This document shows positions 47,291 through 63,221 of a DNA stretch of 64,000 bases, piece by piece; the first letter of the stretch is position 1, and each line of letters starts with the position of its first letter. Source of the DNA: the human T2T-CHM13v2.0 reference genome, Homo sapiens; NCBI RefSeq assembly GCF_009914755.1, contig NC_060941.1. One strand, given 5' to 3'. The notes under the pieces were generated by a model. That model was given only the letters and a program-made list of their open reading frames with translations, did not search any database and was not told the origin of the DNA. Both the position numbers and the translations under genes were made by a program.

Positions 47291-47812
47291 CTCCCCAGCG
47301 CGCCTGCGCCGTGACCCGCGCCCCGATTGGCCCACTTCCCTACATACCCTCCTCTCTCGCTTCCACCGTGGGACCCTCTGCAGGCTCCGTACTCCAAGGA
47401 CCGTACCAAGACGAAGGGTGGAAAGCGTATTGGGGCTTGTGTCAAGTCAAGTGGTTACAGCCAAGAGGAAAAGCAGAAGTTCCATTCAGCCGTCCCAGTG
47501 TATAGTCGGGGTTTCTTGCGCTCCTTTCAATATGTTGCAGCTGCGAAATTGTGTTGGAAAAATTTTCCACTCCAGTCACGCCGCTTCCCCCTACACCCGG
47601 AAGATTGGCCCTCCCGGAGGAACTCCCACACGGGGCGGGGCTGGGTAGGGGAGCGGGAGTTACGTAGAGGGAGGGAGTGCTGGTCACGTGGCAAGAGGCT
47701 GCGCAGGCTCCTTCCGGCCCCCGGGGCTTCGGCGGCGGCGGCCCGCGAGGGGCCTGGGCGCATGCGCAGCGAGGTTCCACGTGAGCGCCTGCGTTTCTCC
47801 TCAAACCTAACG

Positions 47813-48154
47813 ATGCCGCCGGAGCGGAGGAGACGAATGAAACTGGACCGGAGAACCGGAGCGAAGCCGAAGCGGAAGCCCGGAATGAGGCCGGACTGGA
47901 AAGCCGGAGCGGGGCCAGGCGGGCCTCCCCAAAAGCCTGCCCCTTCATCCCAGCGGAAACCGCCGGCCCGGCCGAGCGCGGCGGCCGCTGCGATTGCAGT
48001 CGCGGCGGCGGAGGAAGAGAGACGGCTCCGGCAGCGGAACCGCCTGAGGCTGGAGGAGGACAAACCGGCCGTGGAGCGGTGCTTGGAGGAGCTGGTCTTC
48101 GGCGACGTCGAGAACGACGAGGACGCGTTGCTGCGGCGTCTACGAGGCCCGAGG
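47813..48154 (+). CDS. UTP18: UTP18 exon 1 coding part (MPPERRRRMKLDRRTGAKPKRKPG...ERCLEELVFGDVENDEDALLRRLRGPR)
   Basis: Recognisable UTP18 N-terminus with a basic region and the LEELVFG motif. ATG has A at -3. Donor AGG|GTGAGG at 48155. 342 nt. Confidence 0.95.
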
Positions 48155-49220
48155 GTGAGGGAGGCCGCGGCGCGCGGGCTGGGCGCACTCGGGCGGGGCG
48201 CGCGGTGGGCGGTGAAGCTCCGGGGGGCGGAGCCTGGGCGACCTGCGGCGGCGGGGAGCGCTCAGGTGGGAGGGAGCCCGAGAACGCGGGCGCGGAGGGT
48301 CGCAGCTGCGGGTCCCTCGCCTCCCTGCTCCAGACTGAAAGTGCCTGGAGGGCGGGGACCGCGTCTTTCTCCGCCCCTGGAGGCGCCGCTGCTCGGGTAT
48401 CTGCTTTGCGAACTGTGGTCGTGAGCATCTTTCGCTGCTGCTCGACTCCGCTAGCCTCTTCCCAAACTGAGGGTGGTCTTTTGATCACCTGCCTCAGTTC
48501 CTTGTGATTCAGGAATTCGATTTCGTTGATGGAATCAATTCGTGGGCACGGGCCTGGGCATCTCCGTTGTAACTATGTCCCCATGTGACTATGAGACCCA
48601 CCATGTTTTGAGAATGATCGTGTATTCCGTTCATTTAGCAAATATTGGTGAACCTGTTAGTTGCCAGATACCCTTTCTGGCAATGGCAAACCCTGCGTGA
48701 TTGATCATACTTTTTGCACACATTTTGCTATCCCTTTAAATTCTATACCAGGCTTTTCTTGAGAGAGTCCCGGACATTGTTCTAGGCACTGGAGGAGACA
48801 CAGCAATGGACAAAACTGACAAAAATCCCTGCCTTTTGGCGCTTGTGTGCTAGTGGCAGAGACAAGATAGAGGAGATAAACGAGTAAACTTCAGGTTTGT
48901 TGGTGACAAGTGCTGAAGAGAAAAAAGGACATTCGGGAAAGGGAGATGGGCGTGTGTAGAGGCTTGTGAAATTTTAGATAAAGGGGGCAGAGGAAAGCTC
49001 ACCGAGAATTACCCAGGCCATGTTTATTACACAAATGCTGACCTAGTTAATGTCAGCTGCTTACCAGAGCCGCCTTCGGGTGCTTGTAGGAGAAGTGGCA
49101 GCAATCTTTTTGGGAAGTACAGAACTATTACTGGAAACATGCTGAACTGTGCGACGGTTTTGTCGTCTGGAAAAGGAACAGTGTACGGAGGTGGGAGCTG
49201 TTGGGTTTGAAGGCTATTAG

Positions 49221-49592
<372 letters not shown>

Positions 49593-49951
49593 TGAGCCAC
49601 CGCACCCGGCCTAGGTTTAGATTTGATAGTATAAACTTTATGGTAGAAATTTATAACTTTAGAATTTAGATTTAATGGTATATTTATTTTTTACTTATTT
49701 AGAGATACGGTCTAACTTTGTCACCCAGACTGGAGTGTAGCGGCACCTATTAGTCTTCCATCTCCCTTTTGCTAATAGTAACTGGTTGCTCTTCTTGTTG
49801 GTCACAGATAAATTACACCTGCACAATTCTCCGAACACTTTAAACTCAGAAGTCAGCTTCATCCTCCTAGGCTCAAGTGATCCTCCTGCCTCTGCCTCCC
49901 AAGTAGTTAGCTGGGGCCACAGGTGCACACCACACACCCAGCTAAATTTAA

Positions 49952-50095
<144 letters not shown>

Positions 50096-50501
50096 TAAGG
50101 AGGTAGGGGGTCAAAAACAGATTGGGAAAATGGAGATATCTTTGACTCTAGTTTGCCTCCGGTCCTGTAATTTCTGTAGTTCTGACATTTCTCCTCCTTT
50201 TTTCATCTGCAGACTCATCTTTTGTTCTTGTCTTACTTGGTGTTTTCCTTCCTGCGTGTTGAGTGTTGACTTTTTCTCCTTGACTGTTCCATCTTGCCTC
50301 ACCTGTCCAGTCGGTGCCATTCTCTGATTTCTCCATTTTCTGCCTCTGCTTCCAGCATTTGCAATGGTAGCATTCCATCCCATTATTTCATCAGAGAGTG
50401 GTAGAAAAAACATTCTATGAGCCATTTGGCTGTAAGGCCTATGTGTCTGCAGTCATGGGATAGGAAAATCTCAGTGCTTGAGGGTGTTTTGTCTGCTGTA
50501 G

Positions 50502-50614
50502 GTTCAAGAACATGAAGACTCGGGTGACTCAGAAGTGGAGAATGAAGCAAAAGGTAATTTTCCACCTCAAAAGAAGCCAGTTTGGGTGGATGAAGAAGAT
50601 GAAGATGAGGAAAT
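50502..50614 (+). CDS. UTP18: UTP18 exon 2 (VQEHEDSGDSEVENEAKGNFPPQKKPVWVDEEDEDEEM)
   Basis: tgtAG| acceptor, AT|GTAAGT donor, 113 nt. Contains the conserved P.W.D.DD motif. Confidence 0.95.
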
Positions 50615-51271
50615 GTAAGTTGCCTAACTTTTCTTCTGAATCCCTCTGTACACTTAAAAAAGTTATTTTGCAGATTTTAAAATCATTCTTTTTACCAATT
50701 TGTGATTATGTGAAGATTTGAAAAATATTTGAAAGTATAGAAAAGATCTTTCATGGTTCCTGATCCCACCACCGAGGGAGAACTGCTGTTAGCATGTTGT
50801 CACACTTCTGTCTCAGTCTCCTCTTTGCTGTATACAGTAGCTAAGAGAATGCAGTGTTTGAAGTCAGATCTCGATTTGCCTCCTCTTTTGGCCAGTTTCT
50901 AATTGACCATGGGCAGTTTGGAACCTACATTTTTTCCTTTGTGAAATGGGCACAATGATAGTAACTACATCAGAATTTTGTTGGGATTAAACAAAATAGT
51001 ACTTGTAGAACTTTTAGCACAGTGCCTGAAACTGAGTAAAGGCTAAAAAGAAGGTAGCTCACACCATAGGAACTGTCATGGATGAGAATGTACTGTATGC
51101 TTGATTTAACATTTTGACTTTTTCTACATAAAGTTACTTTGTAAACATTTCTCCCTACTTAAAAAAAATAGACATTTTAAAATGGCTATGTTGGAGTCAA
51201 TTATGTGAATTAACCATAATTTACGTGGCTATTGTTGGGTAGATTTTCTTTTTCCCTTTTTTTTTTTTTAA

Positions 51272-51501
<230 letters not shown>

Positions 51502-51886
51502 TGACCTCAAGTATACACCCGTCTCTGCCTCCCAAAGTGCTGAGATTACAGGCGTGAACTGCTGTGCCCAGCCTTATTTTTCCCTTTAATGCAGATTATT
51601 TCAGCATTAATGTTTATCACCTCTTTATGTATAAACCTTTCTTTATTTTCTAATTTATTGCCTTAAGAAAGATTCTTTGAGGTAGAATTACTTAATCAAA
51701 GAGCACAGTTATTTTTAAGGTTCTTGATAAGTACTGCCAGACTGCATGCTATGGGGCTCTACCAGTTTGCCTTCCCATTGAAAGGTGTCAGTTTCAGTCC
51801 ATTCTTAGACACAATGGTTTATTTGTTTTTTTTTTCAGACTCTGTCAGTTTGGTAGTGGGTAATATCTCTACCTAGTTTGTTTTGA

Positions 51887-52168
<282 letters not shown>

Positions 52169-52509
52169 TAAAGTGCTGGGGTTACAGACATGAGCAACCA
52201 CACCTGGCCTCGTTTCTTATAAATATTCTTTATTATGTCCTTGTCTATTGGAGACTTTTTAAATAATCTTGGTATATTAGTTCCTGACATATTGAGAATT
52301 TCAAACCTTTATATGTTAGATTTATTGTAGGTTTTCCCCAGCTTTCTGTGCATAGAAGTTTTGAATTTTTATATAGTCAAATCTGTGAATCTTTTCCTTC
52401 ATTATTTTTACTGCTTTTTTAATAGTAAGTAGTTAACAGAGAGAGACAAATGTTTATCTATATTTTTACTTCATAGTATTTTAAGGTTTGCTCTTTTTTT
52501 TTTTTTTGA

Positions 52510-53072
<563 letters not shown>

Positions 53073-53411
53073 TGAGCCACCACGCTGGGCCTAAGGTTTG
53101 CTCTTTATGTATTTAACTCTTTGATTTACTTGGGGTTTATTTTGGAGAATTTCATAAACTGTGTGCAGATAAGTCATGATGAATTTTCTCAAATAGTAGC
53201 TCTCCAAAGTGTAAACCAGATGATCTGAAATGTTGGCAACTACTTTTTTGTTCTTTTAGGAAGAACAGAGAAGATGCATTTGAAATGTTCACATCTTAAA
53301 AATCTTGACCTATATTGTTTCATTAAACATTTTTCTCCAAGTGCTAAAAGCAGCAGCTATTTATATTAACTCTTTAAAAGTTATTTAAAATATGCTGTTC
53401 TGTTTTTGTAG

Positions 53412-53510
53412 GGTTGACATGATGAACAATCGGTTTCGGAAGGATATGATGAAAAATGCTAGTGAAAGTAAACTTTCGAAAGACAACCTTAAAAAGAGAC
53501 TTAAAGAAGA
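53412..53510 (+). CDS. UTP18: UTP18 exon 3 (VDMMNNRFRKDMMKNASESKLSKDNLKKRLKEE)
   Basis: ttttgtAG| acceptor, GA|GTAAGT donor, 99 nt, phase 2-2. Confidence 0.95.
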
Positions 53511-54229
53511 GTAAGTGTCTTTTTTCGTATGATTTACCAAGAGGTGTATGTAACCAATGCCCAGTCATTAACCGTAACCGCTTCTTGTGTAGTTTTCCAT
53601 TTTGAAACAGTAAGAGGATTGCTATTGTGGGCAGTGACTAAATTTCTGTAGTTTTTTTTAGGGGAGAGGGGACAAAACACAGACACAAAGAAAATTTGGA
53701 AAAAAATTCTTACCACTCAAATATAATCAGTGATAATATTGCTTACTTGTTCATTTGCATATGGTACACCATAATTTTATAATATGAACATTTTCAAAAA
53801 TTTAAATGGCCACCACCTGGGTTCAATGGTTTTTAACATTTTGTCATATTTGCTTTGTGTATTTGGGGGATGTGTGTGCTTTCCCAATGTATTTGAGAGT
53901 AAGGTACAGATAATGCGACACTTAACTCATTAATTTGTCAATGTGCATCTCTTAAGATTAAGGATGTTTTCCTTCATATTCACAATACCATTGTCATACC
54001 TAAGAAAATTAACAGTTTACGGCTAGTCCATGTTAGTTTCTCCAATTGTTGTAAGGTGCATACATTTTATTTGGATTTTATGTCCTTTAAATTTATATAT
54101 TTTTTTGAGGTAGGATCTCACTCTGTCACCCAGGCTGAAATGGAGTGGTGCTGTCATGGCTCATTGCAACCTCTATCTCCTGGGCTCCCCATAGCTGGGA
54201 CTACAGGCATGTACCACCTTAATTTTTAA

Positions 54230-54505
<276 letters not shown>

Positions 54506-55216
54506 TAAGTGTTCAGACCTGTTGTCTTGTAGAATATCCCACATTCTGACATTTTAAGACTCCTGTTTTTTATTGAGGTGAAATTCACATAACAGTGTTA
54601 GGCATTTTAAAGTGTAAATTTGGTGGCATTTAGTATATTTAGAATGTTGTGCCACCACCTCTTCAATCTAGTTCTAAAACTTTTTTTTTGGTTTTTTTTT
54701 TTTTGGTTCTTAAACATTTTTATCACCTCAAAAGAAAACTCTCCATTAATTAGTCACTTTGCATTTCCTCTTCCCTCAATCTGATTATTTTTTCTTTGTG
54801 TTGTTTAACTTGTTCTGTCATCTGTATTTCCTGTTAAGTTGGGCTTAAAGTCTTGATTAGAATTCAATTACGTATTTTGGTGAGGAGTATCTTAAGATGA
54901 TGTGTACCAGACACTGCCCCTCAAAGTCCAGTTGTATCAGTCTCTTTCAAGTCTGATCTTTTTCTCAGCTTTGTGTCAGGGTCTTATAAATGCCTTTAGG
55001 GGAAAATTTGTGGTGGTGATGGGGTTCATCTTGCTTATATCCCTTCTCTGAGGGATCACAGTCCTATGCTGTCATCCAGTTTCCGAAAAAATTTGTTTCA
55101 TATATTTTGTCCAGGTTTCTAGTTGTTTATGGCTCGTGGGCTTAGTTTGGTGAGCTAGTCTGTACTTCTGCATCAAAAAATTAAAACAACTCTTTGCCCT
55201 CTTCCAGGTACCAGTT

Positions 55217-55567
<351 letters not shown>

Positions 55568-56065
55568 TTACGAACACAGCTATCATGCTTCTGTTAAAGC
55601 TTACTTTTTCCAGAGTGAAGTGATTCTGTTTTATTCAGATGATATATAATGAAGTTTTGTATATTCTTAACAATCTGGTCAGTTTCTTTTAGACGTGTTC
55701 TAGTGTGTAGTCTATGTACTGTGGCATAAACCACAAAGAGACTTCTTTACATAGTCCTGATATCCGGGATGTGTTGATATGAACAAATAAGACAACCATG
55801 TAACTAGATGGAAATAATTAACAAAAAATATGTATCCAGGACTAGTTTAAGTGGGCAGAGGTTCATGGAGGTTTCCAGTATAGGCAGGTTGGGACTGTTC
55901 TGTGTGAGTAAAGATAATAACTTCTGTTCTTAAAGATAGTTACTTCTTTGGAAGAGAGTCCATACGTATTCTCAAGGGTGATTCAACGTATATGCTTTAA
56001 ATGTATCAAGCTTTATGGACATGTAGTGGTTGCCATAAATATATTTTTCAAATATTTTTGCTTAG

Positions 56066-56133
56066 ATTCCAACATGCCATGGGAGGAGTACCTGCCTGGG
56101 CAGAGACTACTAAGCGGAAAACATCTTCAGATG
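56066..56133 (+). CDS. UTP18: UTP18 exon 4 (FQHAMGGVPAWAETTKRKTSSD)
   Basis: cttAG| acceptor, G|GTGAG donor, 68 nt. Contains the conserved P.WA motif. Confidence 0.95.
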
Positions 56134-56931
56134 GTGAGCGTTGATATTTCTGTTTAAATTAGTACATAAGTCCCTGTTCCTGTTCGTTATTATTTGAGCT
56201 TTCTTATGAGGCTCATTAAAACCTGGCATTTCTTGCCTGGCTCGGTAGCTCACGCCTGTCATCCCAGTGCTTTGGGAGCCCGAGGCGGGTGGATCGCTTG
56301 AGTCCAGGAGTTTAAGACCAGACCGGGTGACATGGCGAAACCCCATCTCTACAAAAAATACAAAAATTAGCCAGGCCTGGTGGTATGTTCCTGTAGTCCC
56401 GACTACTTGGGGGGCTGAGGTGGGAGGATTGCTTGAGCTAGGGAAGACTAGGGTGCAATAACCTGTGATAAGTGATAAGTGCCACCGTACTCCAGCCTGG
56501 GTGACAGAGTGAGACTCTGTCTCAAAAAAAAAAAAAAAAAAAAAAAAACCAAAAAAATCTGTTTTTTGACTGTAGGTTTTAAATTTAACTTGTACCATGG
56601 CTATTTTCTGCTTCTTCGATCTTTTGAGTTTAGCTATTATAAATATGGATGGCTTAGCTAAAATCTGGTTTGTGTGCTTGGAGTTACATGTTTTAGACTT
56701 GGAATTAACCTTTGAAATCCTGAGAGTCCGGAGTATATCCTCTCACATCATGTAGGAGCTCCTTCCTTAGCATCCTTCATGTCCGTAGAGCTTCAGTTTG
56801 ATTATGACCACCTCCTCTGTCCCCTTTCTTCCTACCCTGTTAGTCCTCATGGTACGTAAATGCAGGGAGTCCATACAAAGAGCCAGTGTTTTATATAATT
56901 CTATTAGAAGAGACAATCTGTTACTAAGTAG

Positions 56932-57201
<270 letters not shown>

Positions 57202-57689
57202 TGAGTAGCTGGGGTTACAGGTGTGCGCCATTACACCTGGCTAATTTTTGTATTTTTAGTAGAATCGGGGTTTCACCGTGTTGGCCAGGCTGGTCTTGAA
57301 CTCTTGGCCTTCCAAAGTGTTGGGATTACAGGCATGAGCCACTGTGCCTGGCCTAAATAATGTACTTTTTACTAAACTGTTTTTTCCCCTTCTTCCCTTT
57401 TCTTTAAGAACTGTTAGACAGTTTTTCCTATTTTGAAATGTATGTCCCAACAAGTCTCTACTCCTACGGTTTGAAACATACAGATTATCTTCTTTTTCTC
57501 TTATTTGGGAAGCCTCTTTCCATGTTTGTGTTTTAATATGTTAAACATCCCTCGTTATTTTGACCATTTTTTTGGTGGCGTACTTCTAGACCCTAGATCA
57601 CCAGTTTGCCCTCCTGGATGAAACATAATTTTATTATCCATTTCAGAATGCTGCATTTATAGAACCCCACAACATTTTAGATTCCTGTA

Positions 57690-58081
57690 ATTTTAGGTAT
57701 GGTTATGCTAGCTGTTGAAACAAAATCCCACAGATCCCAGTGGCATAATCCAATTGAAGTTGGTTTTTTCAGCACATAAAATTGGGGTGGTAGGAAGGTG
57801 ATGGTTTACTTTAGGGACCCAAGTTTATAGAAGTTCTGTCATCTTCAGGTTGGTTCTTCCAAAGTTGCCTAAGATGTTGACATCCACTTGGCTTATAGGA
57901 GGAGAAAGAGGGGATTTTTATTGGCCTTTCCTGGAAATGGTACAGGATACTTTTGCCTACATTTTGTTGGCTGGAACTCAGTCATAAGGCCACACTAGCT
58001 GAGAGGATCCTAGGAAGTGTAGTTTGGCTTTGTGCACAGGAGAAAAAGGAAGTGGATTAAGTCAGCAATTAGTCTGCTACA
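57690..58081 (-). mobile_element. MLT1-type (ERVL-MaLR) solo LTR
   Basis: ATTTTGTTGGCTGGAACTCAGTCATAAGGCCACA...GGAAGTGTAGT...GTGCACAGGAGAAAAAGGAA, an MLT1J/K-like pattern. Confidence 0.6.
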
Positions 58082-59129
58082 GTATGGGATATGCTTGTCT
58101 AACACATTCATTTTGTACATGAGAGAGGTTCAAAGAGATAGTGACTTGTTGAAGGTATACTTATTGTTGACAGAATGGTGACTAGCACTCAGCTTCATGA
58201 TTATCTCCAGTGTGTTATTTTTATCTGTAAATATTTACTGAGTTTCGTTATAAGAAAATTCTCCCTTTTGAACATAACCACAGCTCCAAAAATCAACAGC
58301 AATTCATTAATATTATGAATTGTTGTATTGTGTTGCTCTTTGTTTATCCCCTCTCCCTATCATTTTAGCTTGCTTTGTATTTTGCTTAGACTTCATAGTA
58401 CTTTTGAACTGGCTTGATGTCTTCGGTAAGTTTTGGAAATTCTCACCTGTCTTCAAGTATTGTTTCTGTTCCAGTCTTCCTTTCTAGATTATTAGTAATA
58501 CGTATATTAAATGTCTTCCACCTATTTTTTGGTTTGGTTTTTTTTTGAGACAGGGTCTCACTCTATCGCCCAGTCTGGAGTGCAGTGACGTGATCTTGGC
58601 TCACTGTAGTCTCGACCTCCTGGGTTCAAGCAATCCTCCCACCTCAGCCTCTGGAGTAGCTAGGACTACAGGCATGTGCCACCATGCCCAGCTAATGAAA
58701 AAAAAAATTTTTTTTTGTAGTGACAGGATCTTATTATGTTGCCCACATTGGTATTCAGTGTTTTTTATCCTTTTTCTTTCTGTACTTCAGTCTGGGTATA
58801 TTTTTCTGATTCGTTTTCTAGACCACAAATTCTCTCTACAGCTAATTTTGATGTACTGTTAAAAACATCTATTGGAGGCTTAATTTAATTTTATTTGTTA
58901 TTATTTTTTGAGTTAGTCTTGCTCTGTCGTGTAGGCTGGAGTGCAGTGGCACTACCTCCACTCACTGCGACCTCTGCCTCCTGAGTTCAAATGATTCTCC
59001 TGCCTCAGCCACCCAAGTAGCTGGGATTACAGGTGTGCACTACCATGCCTGGCTAATTTTTGTATTTTTAGTAGACACGGGGTTTCACCATTTTGGTCAG
59101 GCTGGTCTCGAACTCCTGACCTCAAGTGA

Positions 59130-59540
<411 letters not shown>

Positions 59541-60582
59541 TGACTCCTGACCTCAGGTGATCCACTCACCTCGGCCTCGCAAAGTGCTGGGATTACAGAT
59601 GTGAGCCACCGCGCCTGGCCTGAACATAGTATTTTTAAGGTTTGTGTCTGATAATTCCGTTGTTTAGATCCCTGTGGGGATTGTCTGTTTTTCCTTGTGG
59701 TTTTTAGTCAAGTTATCTTGTCAATATTTGCCTGGTTATATTTCATTGAGTGGTGGACATTGCATATGAAAAATAATGTAGATTAATTAGATCTAGGATG
59801 ATGGTTTATATGTTTACTTCTAGGTAGGTAGCTTGGCAGAGGACACTAGTAATCCCAGAACGTTTTATTTTAATGAGGAATTGTGAAGCAGAATTTCAGT
59901 TTTGGGAAGATTTTCTTATAATTCTTTGATTTCGTCTTTAATCCTAGTGGTAGCCCTTTGTGGCCGCAATCCAAAATCTGGTGGCTTACCAGACCCTGTC
60001 AAGAAGCTTAGAGCTAGTTTTTCCCTTCTTAGCTCCGCAAGTGTTTTAAGTTTGCTCAGCTTCTTAGCTGTCTCCACTGGAATCATCAGTCATCTCCAGG
60101 GGGAAAAGCAGCCCTATTTGCTCTTTTTGAAGTTCTGATACATAGATTGCTGACATTGATCATTCAGCTAAAAGTTCTGGTTTTTATTCATGTGAGTTGT
60201 TGAACTAGATCAGTAGCCAACCTGTTGCCAATTTTGCCATAATTATGAGTTGCTCTTTTTAAATGAAATGCTGGCTTTAAACTTTTATTTCACTTCATCT
60301 TGTTTTAGTAACCATCTGTGTATGTGTTAGTCTTTCATTCTAGAGTTAAACTTTGATTTTAACTATGGATGTTAAGCTTTGTGTCATCTTTTTCTTCTCC
60401 TTTAAAATTTTTTTTTTTTTTTCCTGTTTTGCTTTTGCCAGTTGCAGCTTTAAAAAAAGCAATTGAGGTAGGGAGGCTGGAAAGGGAGTTGATGTTGAAA
60501 ATATATTCATAGAAGTTTGGGGTAGGTAAAAGGGGCAGCTCATTGATTCTAAAGATCAGCCTTCTGGGTTTGTTTGACTTAG

Positions 60583-60671
60583 ATGAAAGTGAAGAGGATG
60601 AAGATGATTTGTTGCAAAGGACTGGGAATTTCATATCCACATCAACTTCTCTTCCAAGAGGAATCTTGAAG
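60583..60671 (+). CDS. UTP18: UTP18 exon 5 (DESEEDEDDLLQRTGNFISTSTSLPRGILK)
   Basis: cttAG| acceptor, AAG|GTGAGA donor, 89 nt. Cumulative 711, phase 0. Confidence 0.95.
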
Positions 60672-60956
60672 GTGAGAGTCAGTGAAGTTGGGGGATCCTA
60701 TCTAACTACTTACCTCTGCAGTTTAATTTGCTTCCCAGTAGCAGATGTATGGATTCCTATTATCTGTGGGGTTAAATATGTTTGCTGTCATTTTGCCCTG
60801 GTAAATACTTATGTTATTGTTTTTTTTTTTTCCTTTTGCAAAAAATGTTCTAGAGGTATTATGTTCCTATTGCTTGAGCTCAGGAGTTTGAAGCTACGGT
60901 GAGCTGTGATGGAACCACTGTACTTTAGCCCGGGTGAAAGCGAGACCCTGTCTCTA

Positions 60957-60962
60957 AAATAA

Positions 60963-61001
<39 letters not shown>

Positions 61002-61002
61002 A
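60957..61002. repeat. (TAAA)n tetranucleotide repeat derived from an Alu tail
   Basis: Seen directly. Confidence 0.95.
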
Positions 61003-61619
61003 TTTTCCAGTAATTCTAGGAATCCTGTTTGGTTTATCTTCATTTTCATTGGCATCAGCCTAGTTCATACTGCTGTCATCTCTTATCTGGCATATTGCAG
61101 TAGCTTTGTGACTGGACTCTTTACTTCTACTTTACCTCTTTTTAAATCATTCTTTGTATGGCAGCCAGAGGGATCTTTTAAAAATAAAACATCAGGTCAT
61201 GTCACTTTTCATTGCTTTTTGAAAACTTCTGAATTCCTTATCGTATTCTACACTGCCCTTTACAGTCTGGCTTTTGCCTGGATCCTTAGCCTCATATCAG
61301 ACCTGTTTCCCATGATTTCCCACTTGAGTCACACAAGCCTTTTTCTGTTTCTTGGACATGCTGCTAGGTCCTTTCTTGCCTGTGAACCTTTGCTCTTTCT
61401 CTTTTGTTCTGCCTGCCTTGTCTTCAGGAAGTCCTAATGGCTAGCTCATTCTTACCTTTCTGCTCAAATGGCACCTTAGACAAGACTTTCTCTAAAGTGG
61501 TCTACACTATTCACTTTCTAACTCATCACTATGTCTAGCATGTTCATTATGGTAACCAGCTGCCTATGTAGCACAGTACTTTAGTTAAATATCTGTCATA
61601 CTAACAGGCAGTACTTTAG

Positions 61620-61884
<265 letters not shown>

Positions 61885-62098
61885 TAGTCAGGCTGGTCTC
61901 GAACTCCTGACCTCAGGTGATCTGCCCGCCTCAGCTCCCAACGTGCTGGGATTACAGGCGTGAGCCACCGCGCCCAGCGACATAGGTCTCTTTTCTTATT
62001 ACACCATGGCAGGAGTATTTAAATGGGGCAGGGGAAACTATTATGATAAATTAGATACAGTGATTTTGTCTTGCACCTTATGAGGACAATTCATTTAG

Positions 62099-62209
<111 letters not shown>

Positions 62210-62262
62210 TGAGGTTGGGAGTTTGAGACCAGCGTGACCAACATGGGGAAACCTCATCTCTA

Positions 62263-62424
<162 letters not shown>

Positions 62425-63095
62425 TCAAAAAAAAAAAAAAAAAGTTGTAGTTACCATAAAAATTTAACTTTGGTGGTTACAAACAAAACACATACTTTTG
62501 TTTTTAACTGAATTTTAAAAATTCAAGGGGAAACCTGTAAAAACAAAATAAATAACAAAATAGTCCAGGTGATGGATGTGAGATTACCATTACTTTAAAC
62601 TTGGAACCATGTACCCTAAGAGAATAAAGCAACCTGTGCCAATTGAAGAACTGTGGGGACAACTGTGCAGTGCCTCTTGCATTTGTGCCATGAATGCAAA
62701 GATGCCAGGTGCCAAAGTAGAAGTTTTAAGTGAAATTTCCTCAGAAGTGAAAGTCTCTTAACACAAATGGATGTATTTTGGGGAAATGACTACATACTAG
62801 TGCTCCAAGAATGAGTAATACATTCAGACTTCTAGATATGGAAAGCACTTTAATGATTTAATCTTTTTATTTGAAAGATGGTAAAAATGGATTCTTTTGT
62901 GGTAAAGTGACTTGCTAGTTGGTGCCAGAGCTGCGGTTTTTTTGTTTTTTGTTTTTTTTTTTTGAGTTGTGTTTGGTTACCATTCCAGTGCATTTTTTTC
63001 CTTCATTATAAACTGTAATGTCTTTTCTTCTTACTCTAAAGAAAATAATGTTTATTCATTTCAATTGATAAAATCCCAGCTTTCATTTCCTATAG

Positions 63096-63221
63096 ATGAA
63101 GAACTGCCAGCATGCGAATGCTGAACGTCCTACTGTTGCTCGGATCTCATCTGTGCAGTTCCATCCCGGTGCACAGATTGTGATGGTTGCTGGATTAGAT
63201 AATGCTGTATCACTATTTCAG
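63096..63221 (+). CDS. UTP18: UTP18 exon 6, first WD40 repeat (MKNCQHANAERPTVARISSVQFHPGAQIVMVAGLDNAVSLFQ)
   Basis: cctatAG| acceptor, CAG|GTATG donor, 126 nt. WD40-like ISSVQFHP...VAGLD. The gene continues past the window end. Confidence 0.96.

Larger units (their letters stand above)
46500..48480. promoter_or_regulatory. CpG island / bidirectional promoter of MBTD1 and UTP18
   Basis: Sharp rise in GC and CpG content. Motifs: NRF1 palindrome GCGCATGCGC 47758-47767; CACGTG E-boxes at 47685, 47778, 46560 and 46598; ETS/GABP CCGGAAG 47597-47603 and CTTCCGG 47711-47717; GC box 47632-47640; ATTGG (CCAAT) at 47326 and 47604. No TATA box. Confidence 0.92.

Noticed and set aside
47327-48424. 365-aa plus-strand ORF and the in-frame upstream ATG at 47762
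   Set aside because: Only 47813-48154 is UTP18 exon 1. The rest is stop-poor CpG-island sequence. The 47762 ATG is the core of the NRF1 palindrome and probably lies upstream of the TSS.
47442-48488. 348-aa antisense ORF over UTP18 exon 1, plus the 178-aa and 142-aa overlapping ORFs
   Set aside because: Non-ATG starts and low-complexity Pro/Arg/Ala content, as expected by chance in very GC-rich DNA.
50111-50425. Cluster of overlapping ORFs in UTP18 intron 1
   Set aside because: Pyrimidine-rich intron sequence with no recognisable homology or clear exon boundaries.
62580-62760. Short hairpin (TTGCATT...AATGCAA) in UTP18 intron 5 as a possible snoRNA or miRNA
   Set aside because: The stem is too short and I see no convincing C/D or H/ACA box arrangement.
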